The notes: generated from the sequence alone by a model not told the origin. DNA of 64,000 bases from Candidatus Moraniibacteriota bacterium (GCA_942490825.1 CALNYG010000005.1:134240-198239), one strand, 5' to 3'; shown: positions 8,301 to 18,635, counted from the stretch's first letter. Numbers and translations: made by a program.

Positions 8301-9089
8301 ATGCAAAATAGAAAAATAGTTTGGTCGAGTATAGCAGTGGTCATAGTAATTTTAATTTCATTAATTTTTATTGTAAAAAATAAAAAAGAAATTACAAATA
8401 AAATTGATTTAGATAAAGAGCAGGTATTAAGCTCAAAAGACCTTTCAAAAAAGCAAAAAGAAAATGTCAATTCAAAAGAAGAAAAAAATTCAAATAGTTC
8501 AAGTAAGTCAAATGTAAATAATCAAGTTAATAAAAATAATCAAAAAAATAATATGGAACAAAAAACAGCAGAATCAATTAATATGAATTTAGTAGAAACT
8601 TGTCAAGGTGTAAAAATGAAAACTAATCAAGGAACAATTGAAATTAAGTTTTATAATGAAAAAGCACCGACAACAGTAGCAAATTTTTGTAGTTTAGCGA
8701 AAGAAGGTTTTTATGATGGTATTAGATTTCATCGAGTTATTAAGGATTTCATGATTCAGGCTGGAGATCCTAATTCAAAAGATTTAGCGAAGAAAAATAC
8801 TTGGGGCATGGGCGGACCTGGTTATAAATTTAAAGATGAACTTCCAAAAGCAGGTGAATATAAAATGGGCTCAATAGCAATGGCAAATTCTGGACCAAAT
8901 ACAAATGGTAGTCAGTTCTTTATTGTTTCTGGCGAGGCTGGCGTTGGATTGCCACCACTTTATACTCTTTTTGGTGAGGTAGTTGAGGGAATGGATATTG
9001 TTAATTTAATCCAAAATGTGGAGACTGAGGGAAGTGATCGTCCGGTTAATGATGTGATTATTGAGGGAATTGAGGTTTTGGAAAAGTAA
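8301..9089 (+). CDS. Membrane-anchored cyclophilin-type peptidyl-prolyl cis-trans isomerase
   Basis: 262 aa. N-terminal TM, a low-complexity N/K/S linker, then GTIEIKFYNEKAPTTVANF...FHRVIKDFMIQAGDP...GSQFFI. Confidence 0.9.
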   Translation: MQNRKIVWSSIAVVIVILISLIFIVKNKKEITNKIDLDKEQVLSSKDLSKKQKENVNSKEEKNSNSSSKSNVNNQVNKNNQKNNMEQKTAESINMNLVETCQGVKMKTNQGTIEIKFYNEKAPTTVANFCSLAKEGFYDGIRFHRVIKDFMIQAGDPNSKDLAKKNTWGMGGPGYKFKDELPKAGEYKMGSIAMANSGPNTNGSQFFIVSGEAGVGLPPLYTLFGEVVEGMDIVNLIQNVETEGSDRPVNDVIIEGIEVLEK

Positions 9090-9134
9090 AAATTTTAATT
9101 TTATTATTAAAAGCACCAGATAATCATATATTTT

Positions 9135-9171
9135 AAAAGATCACTTTAATCAAGTGATCTTTTATTTTTTT
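9135..9171 (+). terminator. Intrinsic terminator after the PPIase gene
   Basis: AAAAGATCACT-ttaatca-AGTGATCTTTTATTTTTTT. Confidence 0.8.
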
Positions 9172-9214
9172 GTGTATAGCACTTTATTCAACTCTTCTAA
9201 AACAAATAAAAAAG

Positions 9215-9223
9215 TGTTATAAT
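9215..9223 (+). promoter_or_regulatory. Extended -10 (TGtTATAAT) upstream of the PrgI-like gene
   Basis: It lies 46 nt upstream of the ATG at 9269 and shares TATAATAATTTCAG with the nrdD promoter. Confidence 0.4.
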
Positions 9224-9268
9224 AATTTCAGACAATATTTCTTTAAAAAATAGAAATAAAATAAAAAC

Positions 9269-9721
9269 ATGAAAATAGTTCCACAATATGTCGATATAGA
9301 AGATAAAATAGTAGGTCCATTAACCTGGAAACAATTAGGTTGGTATGGTGGCGGTGGAATAATTCTAGTTATTTTTTATCAATCTCTCGATAAATCAGCC
9401 TTCTACGCAGCAGCTATCCCAGTAATAATAATAATTTCACTATTCGCATTTTACAAGCCCCAAGGACTAACCTTAATTCAATTTATTGGATTTGCAATTC
9501 TTTACGTATTTAAACCACGTCGATATCTATGGCAGAGAGATCCTGAAATAAAAAAACAAAAAAAATCAGAATCTTTTGAAATGAATCAAGTTATTCACAA
9601 TAAAAAACCAGTGAATACAGACGATATTTCAATAATAGCTCACACATTAGACACTAGAGGTGAAAATGAAAATGGCAAATTAGAAGAAATTTTAAAAAAG
9701 CGAACAGGTTATAATGGTTAG
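9269..9721 (+). CDS. PrgI-family (VirB3-like) small membrane protein of Gram-positive/CPR type IV secretion-like systems
   Basis: 150 aa. The N-terminus MKIVPQYVDIEDKIVGPLTWKQLGWY followed by two TM helices is the typical PrgI signature. Confidence 0.7.
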   Translation: MKIVPQYVDIEDKIVGPLTWKQLGWYGGGGIILVIFYQSLDKSAFYAAAIPVIIIISLFAFYKPQGLTLIQFIGFAILYVFKPRRYLWQRDPEIKKQKKSESFEMNQVIHNKKPVNTDDISIIAHTLDTRGENENGKLEEILKKRTGYNG

Positions 9722-9792
9722 ATAATAGATAAATTTTAAATTAAATATTTTTAAATTTACTAATATATTAATTTACTGTTTATAAAATAAAA

Positions 9793-10470
9793 ATGACAAA
9801 AAAAGCAAAAGAAAATCAGAATATCAGTACACTAAAATATGTTGATATTCAAACTATCAAAGATGGTGTAGTTGTACTTAAAAATGGTTCCTTAAGATCT
9901 GTTTTATTAGTATCTTCAATTAATTTTGACTTGAAATCATCTGATGAACAGAGAGCTATTATAGGAGCTTATCAAAATTTTCTTAACTCCTTAGATTTTC
10001 CAATTCAAATAGTGATCAATTCTCGAAAATTAAATATTCGACCATATTTAGAACAATTAAAAGAAAGTGAGAAGGGTCAACGCAATGAACTTCTTAAGAT
10101 TCAAACTGCGGAATATAGAGCTTTTGTTCAACATCTTACAGAGGTCACCAATATTATGAGTAAATCTTTTTACATCGTAGTACCATTTTCTCCAATTGAA
10201 AGTAATACTGGGGGAATCTTGAGTAAATTATCATCCTTATTAAACCCATCCCAAGTAGTAACTGAACGTCGAGAGGTATTTGAAACCTATAAGAATCAAC
10301 TTTATCAAAGAGTTGAGCACGTTGCAGCAGCGTTAAGTGGAACTGGATTGAATTTTACAACTTTAGATACTGACGAATTAATTGAGTTGTTTTATAATTC
10401 ATATAATCCATCTGTTTTCGCTCGATCTGCAATTAAGAATATTGAGAAAACTGAGTTAGTTAGTTTGTAA
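9793..10470 (+). CDS. Hypothetical protein resembling a VirB4/TraC N-terminal domain
   Basis: 225 aa. LKNGSLRSVLLVSSINFDLKSSDEQRAIIGAYQNFLNSLDFPIQIVINSRKLNI follows the pattern of VirB4 N-domains. There is no NTPase motif. Confidence 0.5.
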   Translation: MTKKAKENQNISTLKYVDIQTIKDGVVVLKNGSLRSVLLVSSINFDLKSSDEQRAIIGAYQNFLNSLDFPIQIVINSRKLNIRPYLEQLKESEKGQRNELLKIQTAEYRAFVQHLTEVTNIMSKSFYIVVPFSPIESNTGGILSKLSSLLNPSQVVTERREVFETYKNQLYQRVEHVAAALSGTGLNFTTLDTDELIELFYNSYNPSVFARSAIKNIEKTELVSL

Positions 10471-10873
10471 ATTAATAATTATTAATTTACAATTTTGAAT
10501 ACAATTATTTCAAAAAAATAATTTTACCTACTCCATAAATGATTTCATCAGATATTTAGAAAATTTATTAAATAATTAGATTTCAGAAGATCAATTTTTA
10601 AATTTACATAAAAACAATAACCCAAAAAATACTTATGATATTATAGTGTCTCTAAATCATTATCTTTCTGACTCAGATATTAGAAATAAAGATGAAGAAT
10701 ATACAAAAATACAAAATAATGAATTAAAAAAGTTAATTTATTGTTAAAAAAATAACAAGATGCAAGAAGTTGTTGAAAAAATAAATTTTTTAAAAGAATC
10801 TTCTATCAATATTGCTTAATAATTTAAATAATTTCTAGTTACTGATTATCAGTTACTATTTACAAAAAACAAA

Positions 10874-12745
10874 ATGTTATTTAGTAAAAAACAAAAAAAA
10901 CAAGATCAGGTAATTGTAGACACTCCAGAAGAAATTTTGGAACGTGAAAAATTCTATCAAAAAGGAGTTGCTACAGTTCGTGGATTAATTGCTCCAAGTG
11001 CTTTAAGTATAACTCCTAGTAGCATTCAAGTTGGCGACACACTTTCATCTACTTTATTTGTAATAGCTTATCCACGATACCTAAACGACAATTGGTTTTC
11101 ACCAATTGTAAATATAGATTTTCCAATGGATGTGGCTATGTTTATTCATCCGGCAGACAGTCGTAATGTGTTAAAAAGTTTGAGAAAAACTTCTACTCAC
11201 GTTCAATCACAAATGCATATCGAAGCAGAAGCAGGAAAAATCCGCGATCCTATGCTAGAGACTGCATTAGAAAATGTGGAGACTTTACGAACACAATTAC
11301 AACAAGGAACAGAGAGGTTTTTTAGATTTGGTCTGTATGTAACTTTCTATGGAGAAAATGAGGAGGAGTTAAGACGAAATAAAAATGAGGTTACGGCGAT
11401 TCTAGAAGCTCAAATGATTTATACAAAACCTGCCACTTTACGCATGGATCAAGGTTTTCTTTCCAGCATTCCTCTATGTAATGATAAACTAAATAACGGA
11501 AATAATTTAAATACCGCACCACTTTCAACAACGTTTCCGTTTGTTTCTTCCAATCTCTCTTCTAATGAAGGAATTCTTTATGGTATTAATCGACATAACA
11601 ACAGCTTGATTTTGTTTGATCGATTTAATATGGAAAATGCCAACATGGTAATTTTTGCTAAATCTGGTGCTGGTAAAAGTTATTTTGTAAAATTGGAAAT
11701 TTTGCGATCAATGATGTTCGGAACTAATGTTATTGTAGTTGATCCAGAAAGTGAATATAAGCATTTATGTCAAACTGTAGCCGGAAGCTTTATTAAAATT
11801 TCGCTTGGATCAAAGGCATGTGTTAACCCTTTTGAACTACCAAAAATTCCCACTGATGAAAGACCTCAGGATGTTTTTAGAAACACAGTTGCTGGTTTAA
11901 TTGGTCTTCTTCATTTAATGCTAGGATCTGTTACAGCTGAAGAGGATACTGTATTAGAAAGAGGTGTTAGAGAAGCTTATGCAGTACGAGACATTAGTGA
12001 AAATAGTAATTTCGGCTCTATTCCACATTCAGGCTACCCAACAATGTCAGATCTTTATGAAGTTCTAGTCAACATGGATGGTGGTGATTCTCTTTCAAAA
12101 AGACTGGCTAAATATACCGAGGGTATTTTCGCTGGATTTTTAAATCGACCAACAAATGTTGAGATTAATAATCAGATGGTTGTATTCAATATTCGGGATT
12201 TAGAAGATGAATTGCGACCAATTGCTATGTATATTATTTTACAATTTATTTGGAATGAGATGCGTTCTAATATGACTCAAAGAATGGTTGTAGTTGATGA
12301 GGCTTGGGTTATGATGCAAAGTGAGGACGCAGCTTCTTTTATGTTTAGTATTGCAAAGCGTTGTCGTAAATATTACACAGGATTAACAACCATTACACAG
12401 GATGTGAGTGATTTCATGTCTAGCCGTTTTGGTAAGCCAATTGTAACTAACTCATCACTTCAATTACTTCTTCGTCAATCTCCAGCTTCAGTTGATGTTA
12501 TTGCAGATACTTTTTATTTAACTGATCATGAGAAATTTTTATTACTAGAGAGTGGCGTTGGAGAGGGAATTCTTTTTGCAGGGCCAAAGCATGCAGCAAT
12601 TAAAATTATTGCTTCTTATAGTGAAGATAAGATTATTACCTCAGATCCTCGACAGTTAGAGAAAATGAAAGAGCAAGAAGAACTGGAAAAACAAGTAGGT
12701 CTAGAAAATGTTCAACGTCAGTCAGATGATATTGAGTATCAGTAA
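10874..12745 (+). CDS. virB4: VirB4/TrsE/PrgJ-like type IV secretion ATPase
   Basis: 623 aa. Walker A FAKSGAGKSYF, Walker B MVVVDEAW, and a C-terminal TTITQDVSDF motif. Confidence 0.85.
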   Translation: MLFSKKQKKQDQVIVDTPEEILEREKFYQKGVATVRGLIAPSALSITPSSIQVGDTLSSTLFVIAYPRYLNDNWFSPIVNIDFPMDVAMFIHPADSRNVLKSLRKTSTHVQSQMHIEAEAGKIRDPMLETALENVETLRTQLQQGTERFFRFGLYVTFYGENEEELRRNKNEVTAILEAQMIYTKPATLRMDQGFLSSIPLCNDKLNNGNNLNTAPLSTTFPFVSSNLSSNEGILYGINRHNNSLILFDRFNMENANMVIFAKSGAGKSYFVKLEILRSMMFGTNVIVVDPESEYKHLCQTVAGSFIKISLGSKACVNPFELPKIPTDERPQDVFRNTVAGLIGLLHLMLGSVTAEEDTVLERGVREAYAVRDISENSNFGSIPHSGYPTMSDLYEVLVNMDGGDSLSKRLAKYTEGIFAGFLNRPTNVEINNQMVVFNIRDLEDELRPIAMYIILQFIWNEMRSNMTQRMVVVDEAWVMMQSEDAASFMFSIAKRCRKYYTGLTTITQDVSDFMSSRFGKPIVTNSSLQLLLRQSPASVDVIADTFYLTDHEKFLLLESGVGEGILFAGPKHAAIKIIASYSEDKIITSDPRQLEKMKEQEELEKQVGLENVQRQSDDIEYQ

Positions 12746-12837
12746 GTAAATTTTTAAATTTCCAAGTCGTTAGGCGAATAAATCTAAATTTTATTTATAT
12801 AATTTTTGCATTATAATATTTTAGTTAACATAAAGAT

Positions 12838-13554
12838 ATGCCTAGAAATCCAGAACTCCTTGCTAGACTTTATAATAGAACTCCGGAAGAGAGTAAGACT
12901 GGGGCTAAACTTAATAATGCCAGACTTCAAGATGAAAATCAAAGCATGTCTGAAAATTTTAGTAATAGAATACAAACTAATATCAGTAACCGCGTAGATG
13001 ACTTTACTAGAAAACAAGCTCTACAAAGAGCTAGGCAAATTGATGATATTAAAGAAATCGCTAAAAATGATCAATTTGTTGAAGATGCTGAAACTTTTAG
13101 AAGCATAGTTCAAGGTAATAAATTGAAAGCACCACTTAAAGCTATTAAATTAGCATTGACTTCAAGGAAGGCTGTTAAAGATCATAAAAAACATGCTTGG
13201 ACAATGCCTTTTGTAGTAGCTTTGGCAATGGATGGAATTATTAGCATTATAAGTGCTGCAATTAGCACAGTTTTACCCATCCCTGTTTTTTCTCCTGGAA
13301 AATTAATGTTGTTATGTGGTTGGATTTATTTGCTTATTTTTTTATGGGGAACTGGAGCACAGTTAAAAGCTAGAATCATCGGATTAGTGTTTGCTTGTAT
13401 TGAAGTTTTTATTCCTTTTGTAAGTTTATTACCCCTTAGTACATTAGCAGTTTATATGGCCTACAGAAAATCAGAAAAAAAATATATGAAAGGAAAAGCC
13501 CACCAAGAAGAATTTAGTCAACAATATCCAGGTGTCTCCATAGAGCAAGCCTGA
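12838..13554 (+). CDS. Hypothetical membrane protein (soluble N-terminal half, 3 or more C-terminal TM helices)
   Basis: 238-aa ORF in the VirB4 operon context. A VirB6-like role is only a guess. Confidence 0.55.
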   Translation: MPRNPELLARLYNRTPEESKTGAKLNNARLQDENQSMSENFSNRIQTNISNRVDDFTRKQALQRARQIDDIKEIAKNDQFVEDAETFRSIVQGNKLKAPLKAIKLALTSRKAVKDHKKHAWTMPFVVALAMDGIISIISAAISTVLPIPVFSPGKLMLLCGWIYLLIFLWGTGAQLKARIIGLVFACIEVFIPFVSLLPLSTLAVYMAYRKSEKKYMKGKAHQEEFSQQYPGVSIEQA

Positions 13555-13609
13555 CCATTTGCTCATTTTATGGTAAATTAAAGATAGAATATTATTTTCC
13601 AAATATAAA

Positions 13610-14299
13610 ATGTATTTTATAATTGACGATCTAAAAAAAATAAAACATACTACGGTGGAATTAATCGTTTCATTGTTTTTTGCTTTGAGTTGCTTATTAT
13701 TATTTTGGCTACTACCCAAAGAAATTGAGGGTCGCTTAGACATGACAGAATCAATTTTGAGAGCTTTTATATTTCTTGTGGTTTTCCCAATTTTATATAT
13801 TCGTATTGTTTTAAAGAAAAGCTTTGCTGATATATATATTAGTTCTCACAAAAACATTCTTCAAACAATCTTACCTACAATATTTGCTTTAGCGGTGGGC
13901 GTGTTATCAATTGTATGTATAACACAATCCTTTTTAAGAGATCATTATTATTCATTAGTAAATTATTTATCAATAAAATTTCAGGTGTTTTTAATATATG
14001 AAGTATTTATAGCTTTCTTTTATTTATTTTTTGTGATTTTCAGTTTTGGCTTTGTAAATTCTATAACTAAAAAATACGACAAATTAAATAAACTACTGCC
14101 CATCTTTACTTTTTTCTTATTATTAATGACTTTTTTTGATTCTTCGGGAGAGCTTTTATTAATTAATTTATTGATGATTTTGCCAACTTTATTCTTTAGA
14201 AAAATAGTAAATATCAGTCAATCAATTTGGTCTTTATACTTTCTACTTTTACTTTTAAACATTATTTTAAATACTGTTATTATTAAAATTGCATTATGA
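13610..14299 (+). CDS. Hypothetical polytopic membrane protein
   Basis: 229 aa, almost entirely hydrophobic helices. Its stop overlaps the next start (ATGA at 14296-14299). Confidence 0.55.
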   Translation: MYFIIDDLKKIKHTTVELIVSLFFALSCLLLFWLLPKEIEGRLDMTESILRAFIFLVVFPILYIRIVLKKSFADIYISSHKNILQTILPTIFALAVGVLSIVCITQSFLRDHYYSLVNYLSIKFQVFLIYEVFIAFFYLFFVIFSFGFVNSITKKYDKLNKLLPIFTFFLLLMTFFDSSGELLLINLLMILPTLFFRKIVNISQSIWSLYFLLLLLNIILNTVIIKIAL

Positions 14300-17289
14300 A
14301 ACAAATTAAAAAAATCAAAAAAAAATTATTGGCATCGTTTCTTATTTTAGAAATCATTATTTTTTCTACAATACCAACTCACCATGTTGATGCGTATATA
14401 CCAGTAGTTTCAGAAATAGCTGGCGTACTCGGAAGTGTAGCTGGAGATGTTGTTGGGGAACCAGTTTCAAATTTTATTAGCGAGTTTTTTGAAAATGATC
14501 TTAATTTAGCTATTACACAACTTCCTATTGACCAATTAAATGCCATCGATAAAAAAGATATGATGCCTCAAGTTGATATAAGTTTCACAGGAACAGTTGA
14601 CTTGGGAGAATACATAACCGCTACAGCAAATCCAACTGGATTAATAAATCCACAAGATGCTTATTATAGTTGGTATCTTATAGAGGAAGGTGAAGATCCT
14701 ACTGACCCTGAAGTTATAAATGAAGGAAAAATTAGAGCTATTAAAGCAATGGTGGAGGCTAATTCTAATTTCAATCCATTACTTTATGATCAGAAATTTA
14801 ATGGTGGAAATGAAAATGGAAAAATTGATGGTGATGAATGGCCAGAGACTGAATTTAAAGTTGAAGCAGCTTTTTTAGGAGGTGCTAGCAATAGATCAGT
14901 TAAGGAACCTCGTATGTACGCTTGGTTTGACGGTGCTTTTTCTGAATTAGGTAAAGCTAAAAAAATAGACTATGGCACATGTGATGAAGGTTTTGTGCCC
15001 ACTTGTATGTTGGAATTTAATGGTGGAACACCTTGTCCAATACTAGATCCACCTGTAGAGGGTGAAGTAACTTCCTCTTCATCTTCTGAAGGTGGTGGAG
15101 GAGGAGCTTCTGATTCAAGTAGCGCTACTGCAGATGGTGGTAGTGGAGGTGATTCTGAATCAGACTCATCCGCCAAAATAGAAGAAGAGCCAACCACAAG
15201 TGGGGGTTTAAGATTTTCTCAATGTCTTGCTGCAGGCGAGCCTAAATGCAGTGCCTTTAATAGAGGAGAAACTGTTTGTCCTTTTGGTGGGGAGCCTTAT
15301 TGTGCTCCTACATTAGACACCGACTTAGGATATGATTTTTATAAAAAAAATACTGTTTGTCCAAATCCTCATGTGGTTTGGAAAGCTCTTTTTGAAGAAG
15401 GTCAAAATGCGGTAGGAGCTGAATGTAAAGACTTTGAAGAAGATTATCTAACTAAATTCGAGTGTTTTGAGTCGCCAGACGAAGAAGATGATTATGAACC
15501 TTATAATGATGAGGAGATGCATTTTTTTCCCAGGAGTGGTGGCGATGCAATGTTTGGAATAGAAGACAAAATTACTTCCGGAGTAAAACTCTCTTTTAAC
15601 ATGGACCCAATATCAGTATCGACAACTAAATTAGGAATTCCTGATATAGATTTAATCAGAGGAAAGGGCATGAATAATCTAAAATTTAAAGCAATTGGAG
15701 AAAATGGGAAAAGAGTTAAAGTTGGAGTTGTAGTTGAAGGTTTATCATCTAACCAAACTCCTCATTATGACGAAAATAGTGATGATGAAGGAGGTGGTTA
15801 TATGCCCGTTTTTGCATTTATGTCAGGAGGCTGTGAAATGGATAAAAAGGATAAAGGAGGTTATTCTATAGTAGTCAAAGGAAAAGAAATAACTGTACAA
15901 ACTGCAGATATGAAAATGGATGATTTAAATAAGTGCTTAGCTAACAATTTAGTTGATCCAGGATCAAGTCAGAGCGATCCATTAAATGTTAAACTAACTA
16001 CAAACTGGGACAATATAGCTGTTACTGTTGGAATAGGAAATACTATACAAATTAATCCTATGATTAACAGTGACTCAAATAGAATGCTTGATCTATCCAG
16101 AATGAATTATAAGTGGAACGTAACTTGTTCAGATAATCCAGGAAATGTATGTGAAGAAGGTTTTGATATAACTAAAGATCTACGAGAAGCTGGCAATTTG
16201 AACAGTAAAACTATTGGTAATGATCTAGGCTCGTTGAAAATGCTTGCAAATAATTTAGATGATAAATGTTTTGATGATGGAGGCAGAGGCTATCTATGCA
16301 CTACCTTAAAAGCAAACACAAACCATGGAGGAGATACTACTAGTTTTGGCATGCAATCAAAAATAATTCCGATTCAAAAGTCAGGAGGCAAATTAAAAGC
16401 TTATTCGACGACAACAGATGGACAAACTGTAAATAGTAGAGAAGAAATTTGTAAAGATAGAATGAATGAAGCTCTTTGCCGAGTGGTAAAAGGAGAAATT
16501 ATTGGAGTTGAAATGGTTGTGCCAGAAGGAGGAGATAAAGAGCTTGTTTCCTGGACAGTTAATAGAGTAGGTTATTCTTGTGATAGCAGTGTTTCTAATG
16601 AATGTGCTGATGACAATAATACAAATAAAATATTTTTTCCTATAACTGGTAATATAGGGGAGTCTATCACAATAATAGCCAACTATAATGATCCTAGTGA
16701 GACTACACATGGCTATCAATCTATTCAAAAAACTTTTCAGATAGTTGCTCCAAGTATTTCTATTAAACCTCTAGAAGGCGGCAAATTTAAGCTCTTAGGA
16801 AAATATCTTGGCCGAAATAAAAAAGAATATGAAGATAGAAGCAATGGAATTATAGAAATACAACCCGATAACAGTGCTACCTTAGAAGCTGTATTTACAC
16901 CTAGCTTTATTGAAAGTGATACAAAAATAACATGGAATATCAATGGATCAAAAAGTTATGAGAAAAAATTACAAATTGCCCCAAATTTACCTAACAATGT
17001 TAACCTAAGAGCAACTTATACCCATTCACAAACAAAAAAAGATGCTCTATATAATATATTTGGAGTTAGTCAATTTAACACCAAAGACACGTATATGATT
17101 GCGACTGCCAGATTAGTTTCTGCTAAAACAAAAGCAATTGGCAAGAACAAACAAAATGGATTTTTTGCAACAACAGCTAGCAACACACCAGCTTATTTTT
17201 TCTTTCTTTTAAAAATGGCCTTGATGGTTAGTGTAATGTTATTTGTTTCTCGTCTAGCATTAAATGTTGCTTCTTTTAATAAGCGTTAA
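14296..17289 (+). CDS. Large Cys-rich surface protein with an N-terminal signal/TM and a C-terminal TM anchor
   Basis: 997 aa. It has an acidic S/G/D/E tract (SSSSSEGGGGGASDSSSATADGGSGGDSESDSS) and many Cys residues. The C-terminal hydrophobic segment is YFFFLLKMALMVSVMLFV. Confidence 0.7.
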   Translation: MKQIKKIKKKLLASFLILEIIIFSTIPTHHVDAYIPVVSEIAGVLGSVAGDVVGEPVSNFISEFFENDLNLAITQLPIDQLNAIDKKDMMPQVDISFTGTVDLGEYITATANPTGLINPQDAYYSWYLIEEGEDPTDPEVINEGKIRAIKAMVEANSNFNPLLYDQKFNGGNENGKIDGDEWPETEFKVEAAFLGGASNRSVKEPRMYAWFDGAFSELGKAKKIDYGTCDEGFVPTCMLEFNGGTPCPILDPPVEGEVTSSSSSEGGGGGASDSSSATADGGSGGDSESDSSAKIEEEPTTSGGLRFSQCLAAGEPKCSAFNRGETVCPFGGEPYCAPTLDTDLGYDFYKKNTVCPNPHVVWKALFEEGQNAVGAECKDFEEDYLTKFECFESPDEEDDYEPYNDEEMHFFPRSGGDAMFGIEDKITSGVKLSFNMDPISVSTTKLGIPDIDLIRGKGMNNLKFKAIGENGKRVKVGVVVEGLSSNQTPHYDENSDDEGGGYMPVFAFMSGGCEMDKKDKGGYSIVVKGKEITVQTADMKMDDLNKCLANNLVDPGSSQSDPLNVKLTTNWDNIAVTVGIGNTIQINPMINSDSNRMLDLSRMNYKWNVTCSDNPGNVCEEGFDITKDLREAGNLNSKTIGNDLGSLKMLANNLDDKCFDDGGRGYLCTTLKANTNHGGDTTSFGMQSKIIPIQKSGGKLKAYSTTTDGQTVNSREEICKDRMNEALCRVVKGEIIGVEMVVPEGGDKELVSWTVNRVGYSCDSSVSNECADDNNTNKIFFPITGNIGESITIIANYNDPSETTHGYQSIQKTFQIVAPSISIKPLEGGKFKLLGKYLGRNKKEYEDRSNGIIEIQPDNSATLEAVFTPSFIESDTKITWNINGSKSYEKKLQIAPNLPNNVNLRATYTHSQTKKDALYNIFGVSQFNTKDTYMIATARLVSAKTKAIGKNKQNGFFATTASNTPAYFFFLLKMALMVSVMLFVSRLALNVASFNKR

Positions 17290-17454
17290 TTTTTTCAAAC
17301 TCTAAGTTTAAGATTAATCACATCTTTAAAATTCAACTGAGGTTTTTAATAAGCTTTAAACTTTTCAAGTTTATATTAAAAAAATAATAAAATCTTACAT
17401 TTTATTTGTCCCGTAAAACATTAACCGTTAATTAAATTAATAACCCTTAAATCC

Positions 17455-18588
17455 ATGACTTTAAAGAAGATATTTATTATTTCTACGGTAATTTTAATTT
17501 TTGTAAGTATATTTTCAGGAATATATTTTCTAGTATTTAAAAAATCTTCTACAACATCTCAAATAATTAACTCTCCAAAAGAAAATAATTTTGGATCATC
17601 AGAAACTATCAATTCGAAAATAATAAGAGTAACAAGCACACCTATTATTTCAGCTGCAATAAATGAAACAGATGGAACAATCTATTATTACCAAAAATCT
17701 GACGGAACATTATGGAATATAACTAATCAAAGCACTAACACTCAGCAAGTCATAAATGAAAAATTATCCGACATTAAATCAATCAATTGGTCAAAGGATT
17801 CTGAATTTGCAATTATAGATTTTGATGATGGCAATATTAGGATCATTGATCATAAAACCGGCAACAAAACTGAATTAAAGAAAAATGCTGACTCAGCTGG
17901 ATGGGCAAACATCAATAATAAAATTATATACAAATATTATGAAGAAAAAACAAAAGAACGCTCTTTAAATATTTCAGATTTAGACGGCAGTAATTGGAAA
18001 AAACTTACTGATGTAGATTTTCGTTATGTAAATTTTCAAAAAATAGCATCGTCAATTCAATTAGCTTTTTGGCCAAAAGCAGATGCTAGCACAAACACAA
18101 AATTATTAAAAATAAATATAACAGGAACTGGCACTCCTCAAGAAATATTTTCTAATAAATTTGGTGCAGACTATTTATTTTCTCCAGATGGTAGCAAATT
18201 TATAGTAAGTTATGTTACTAAAGAAAATGGTAAAAAAATGAATTTAGGTGTTGCTAATAATCAAGGAAAAGAATATAAGGATTTGAATATTCCGACATTA
18301 GTTCAAAAAGTTGTATGGAGTAAAGATGGTAATGTTATCTATTATGCTCAACCTGGTGAATCGCCAAGTGAAAGTGTAATGCCAAACGATTATTTAGAAA
18401 ATAAATTTTTTACTCAAGACACTTTTTGGAAAATGGATTTGAAAACAGGAAAAAAAGAAAGGTTAATCAACTTAGATGAACTAACTGAACAAATTGATGC
18501 TGTAAACTTATTTCTTTCTAAAACTGAAAATGCTTTGTTTTTTATAAATAAACGAAATAGTTTATTGTATCGCATAAATATGGATTAG
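17455..18588 (+). CDS. Membrane-anchored TolB-like (PD40/WD40-like beta-propeller) protein
   Basis: 377 aa with an N-terminal TM. It has repeated FSPDGSKF / WSKDGNVIYY / WSKDSEFAI motifs. Confidence 0.6.
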   Translation: MTLKKIFIISTVILIFVSIFSGIYFLVFKKSSTTSQIINSPKENNFGSSETINSKIIRVTSTPIISAAINETDGTIYYYQKSDGTLWNITNQSTNTQQVINEKLSDIKSINWSKDSEFAIIDFDDGNIRIIDHKTGNKTELKKNADSAGWANINNKIIYKYYEEKTKERSLNISDLDGSNWKKLTDVDFRYVNFQKIASSIQLAFWPKADASTNTKLLKINITGTGTPQEIFSNKFGADYLFSPDGSKFIVSYVTKENGKKMNLGVANNQGKEYKDLNIPTLVQKVVWSKDGNVIYYAQPGESPSESVMPNDYLENKFFTQDTFWKMDLKTGKKERLINLDELTEQIDAVNLFLSKTENALFFINKRNSLLYRINMD

Positions 18589-18635
18589 CTATAAATCAAA
18601 TAATTATAATATATCAAAATAAAATTGTAGCAAAA

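Noticed and set aside
10835-10858. Shared 13-mer CTAGTTACTGATT upstream of virB4 (10835) and, on the coding strand, upstream of the ATP-grasp/protease gene (54425-54452), considered as a common regulatory motif. Also the 14-mer TATAATAATTTCAG shared by the nrdD and PrgI promoters.
   Set aside because: In 64 kb of AT-rich sequence, many 13-14-mer coincidences are expected by chance (rough estimate: hundreds of pairs). There are only two occurrences of each, and the second motif is largely the -10 hexamer.
10471-10873. A possible decayed gene in the 400-bp gap before virB4. An open stretch reads ISEDQFLNLHKNNNPKNTYDIIVSLNHYLSDSDIRNKDEEYTKIQNNELKKLIYC.
   Set aside because: It has no start codon and a TAG immediately upstream. 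Its composition is low-complexity AT-rich and no motif is recognisable, so it is not supportable.
14970-15197. Antisense or overlapping short ORFs in the track: 98-298, 2262-2474, 4422-4694, 4776-5051, 6005-6226, 6659-6922, 7080-7280, 8288-8470, 12806-13017, 13471-13743, 14970-15197, 16393-16943, 22445-22666, 24644-24847, 26792-27019, 28464-29159, 30539-30760, 31416-31628, 32123-32488, 32536-32739, 34859-35158, 35888-36085, 37699-37938, 40211-40444, 46996-47199, 51735-51941, 53086-53352, 55356-55586, 56501-56707.
   Set aside because: Each lies inside or opposite a longer ORF with clear family motifs. They have low-complexity or hydrophobic composition typical of shadow ORFs in AT-rich DNA, and none has an RBS or promoter.
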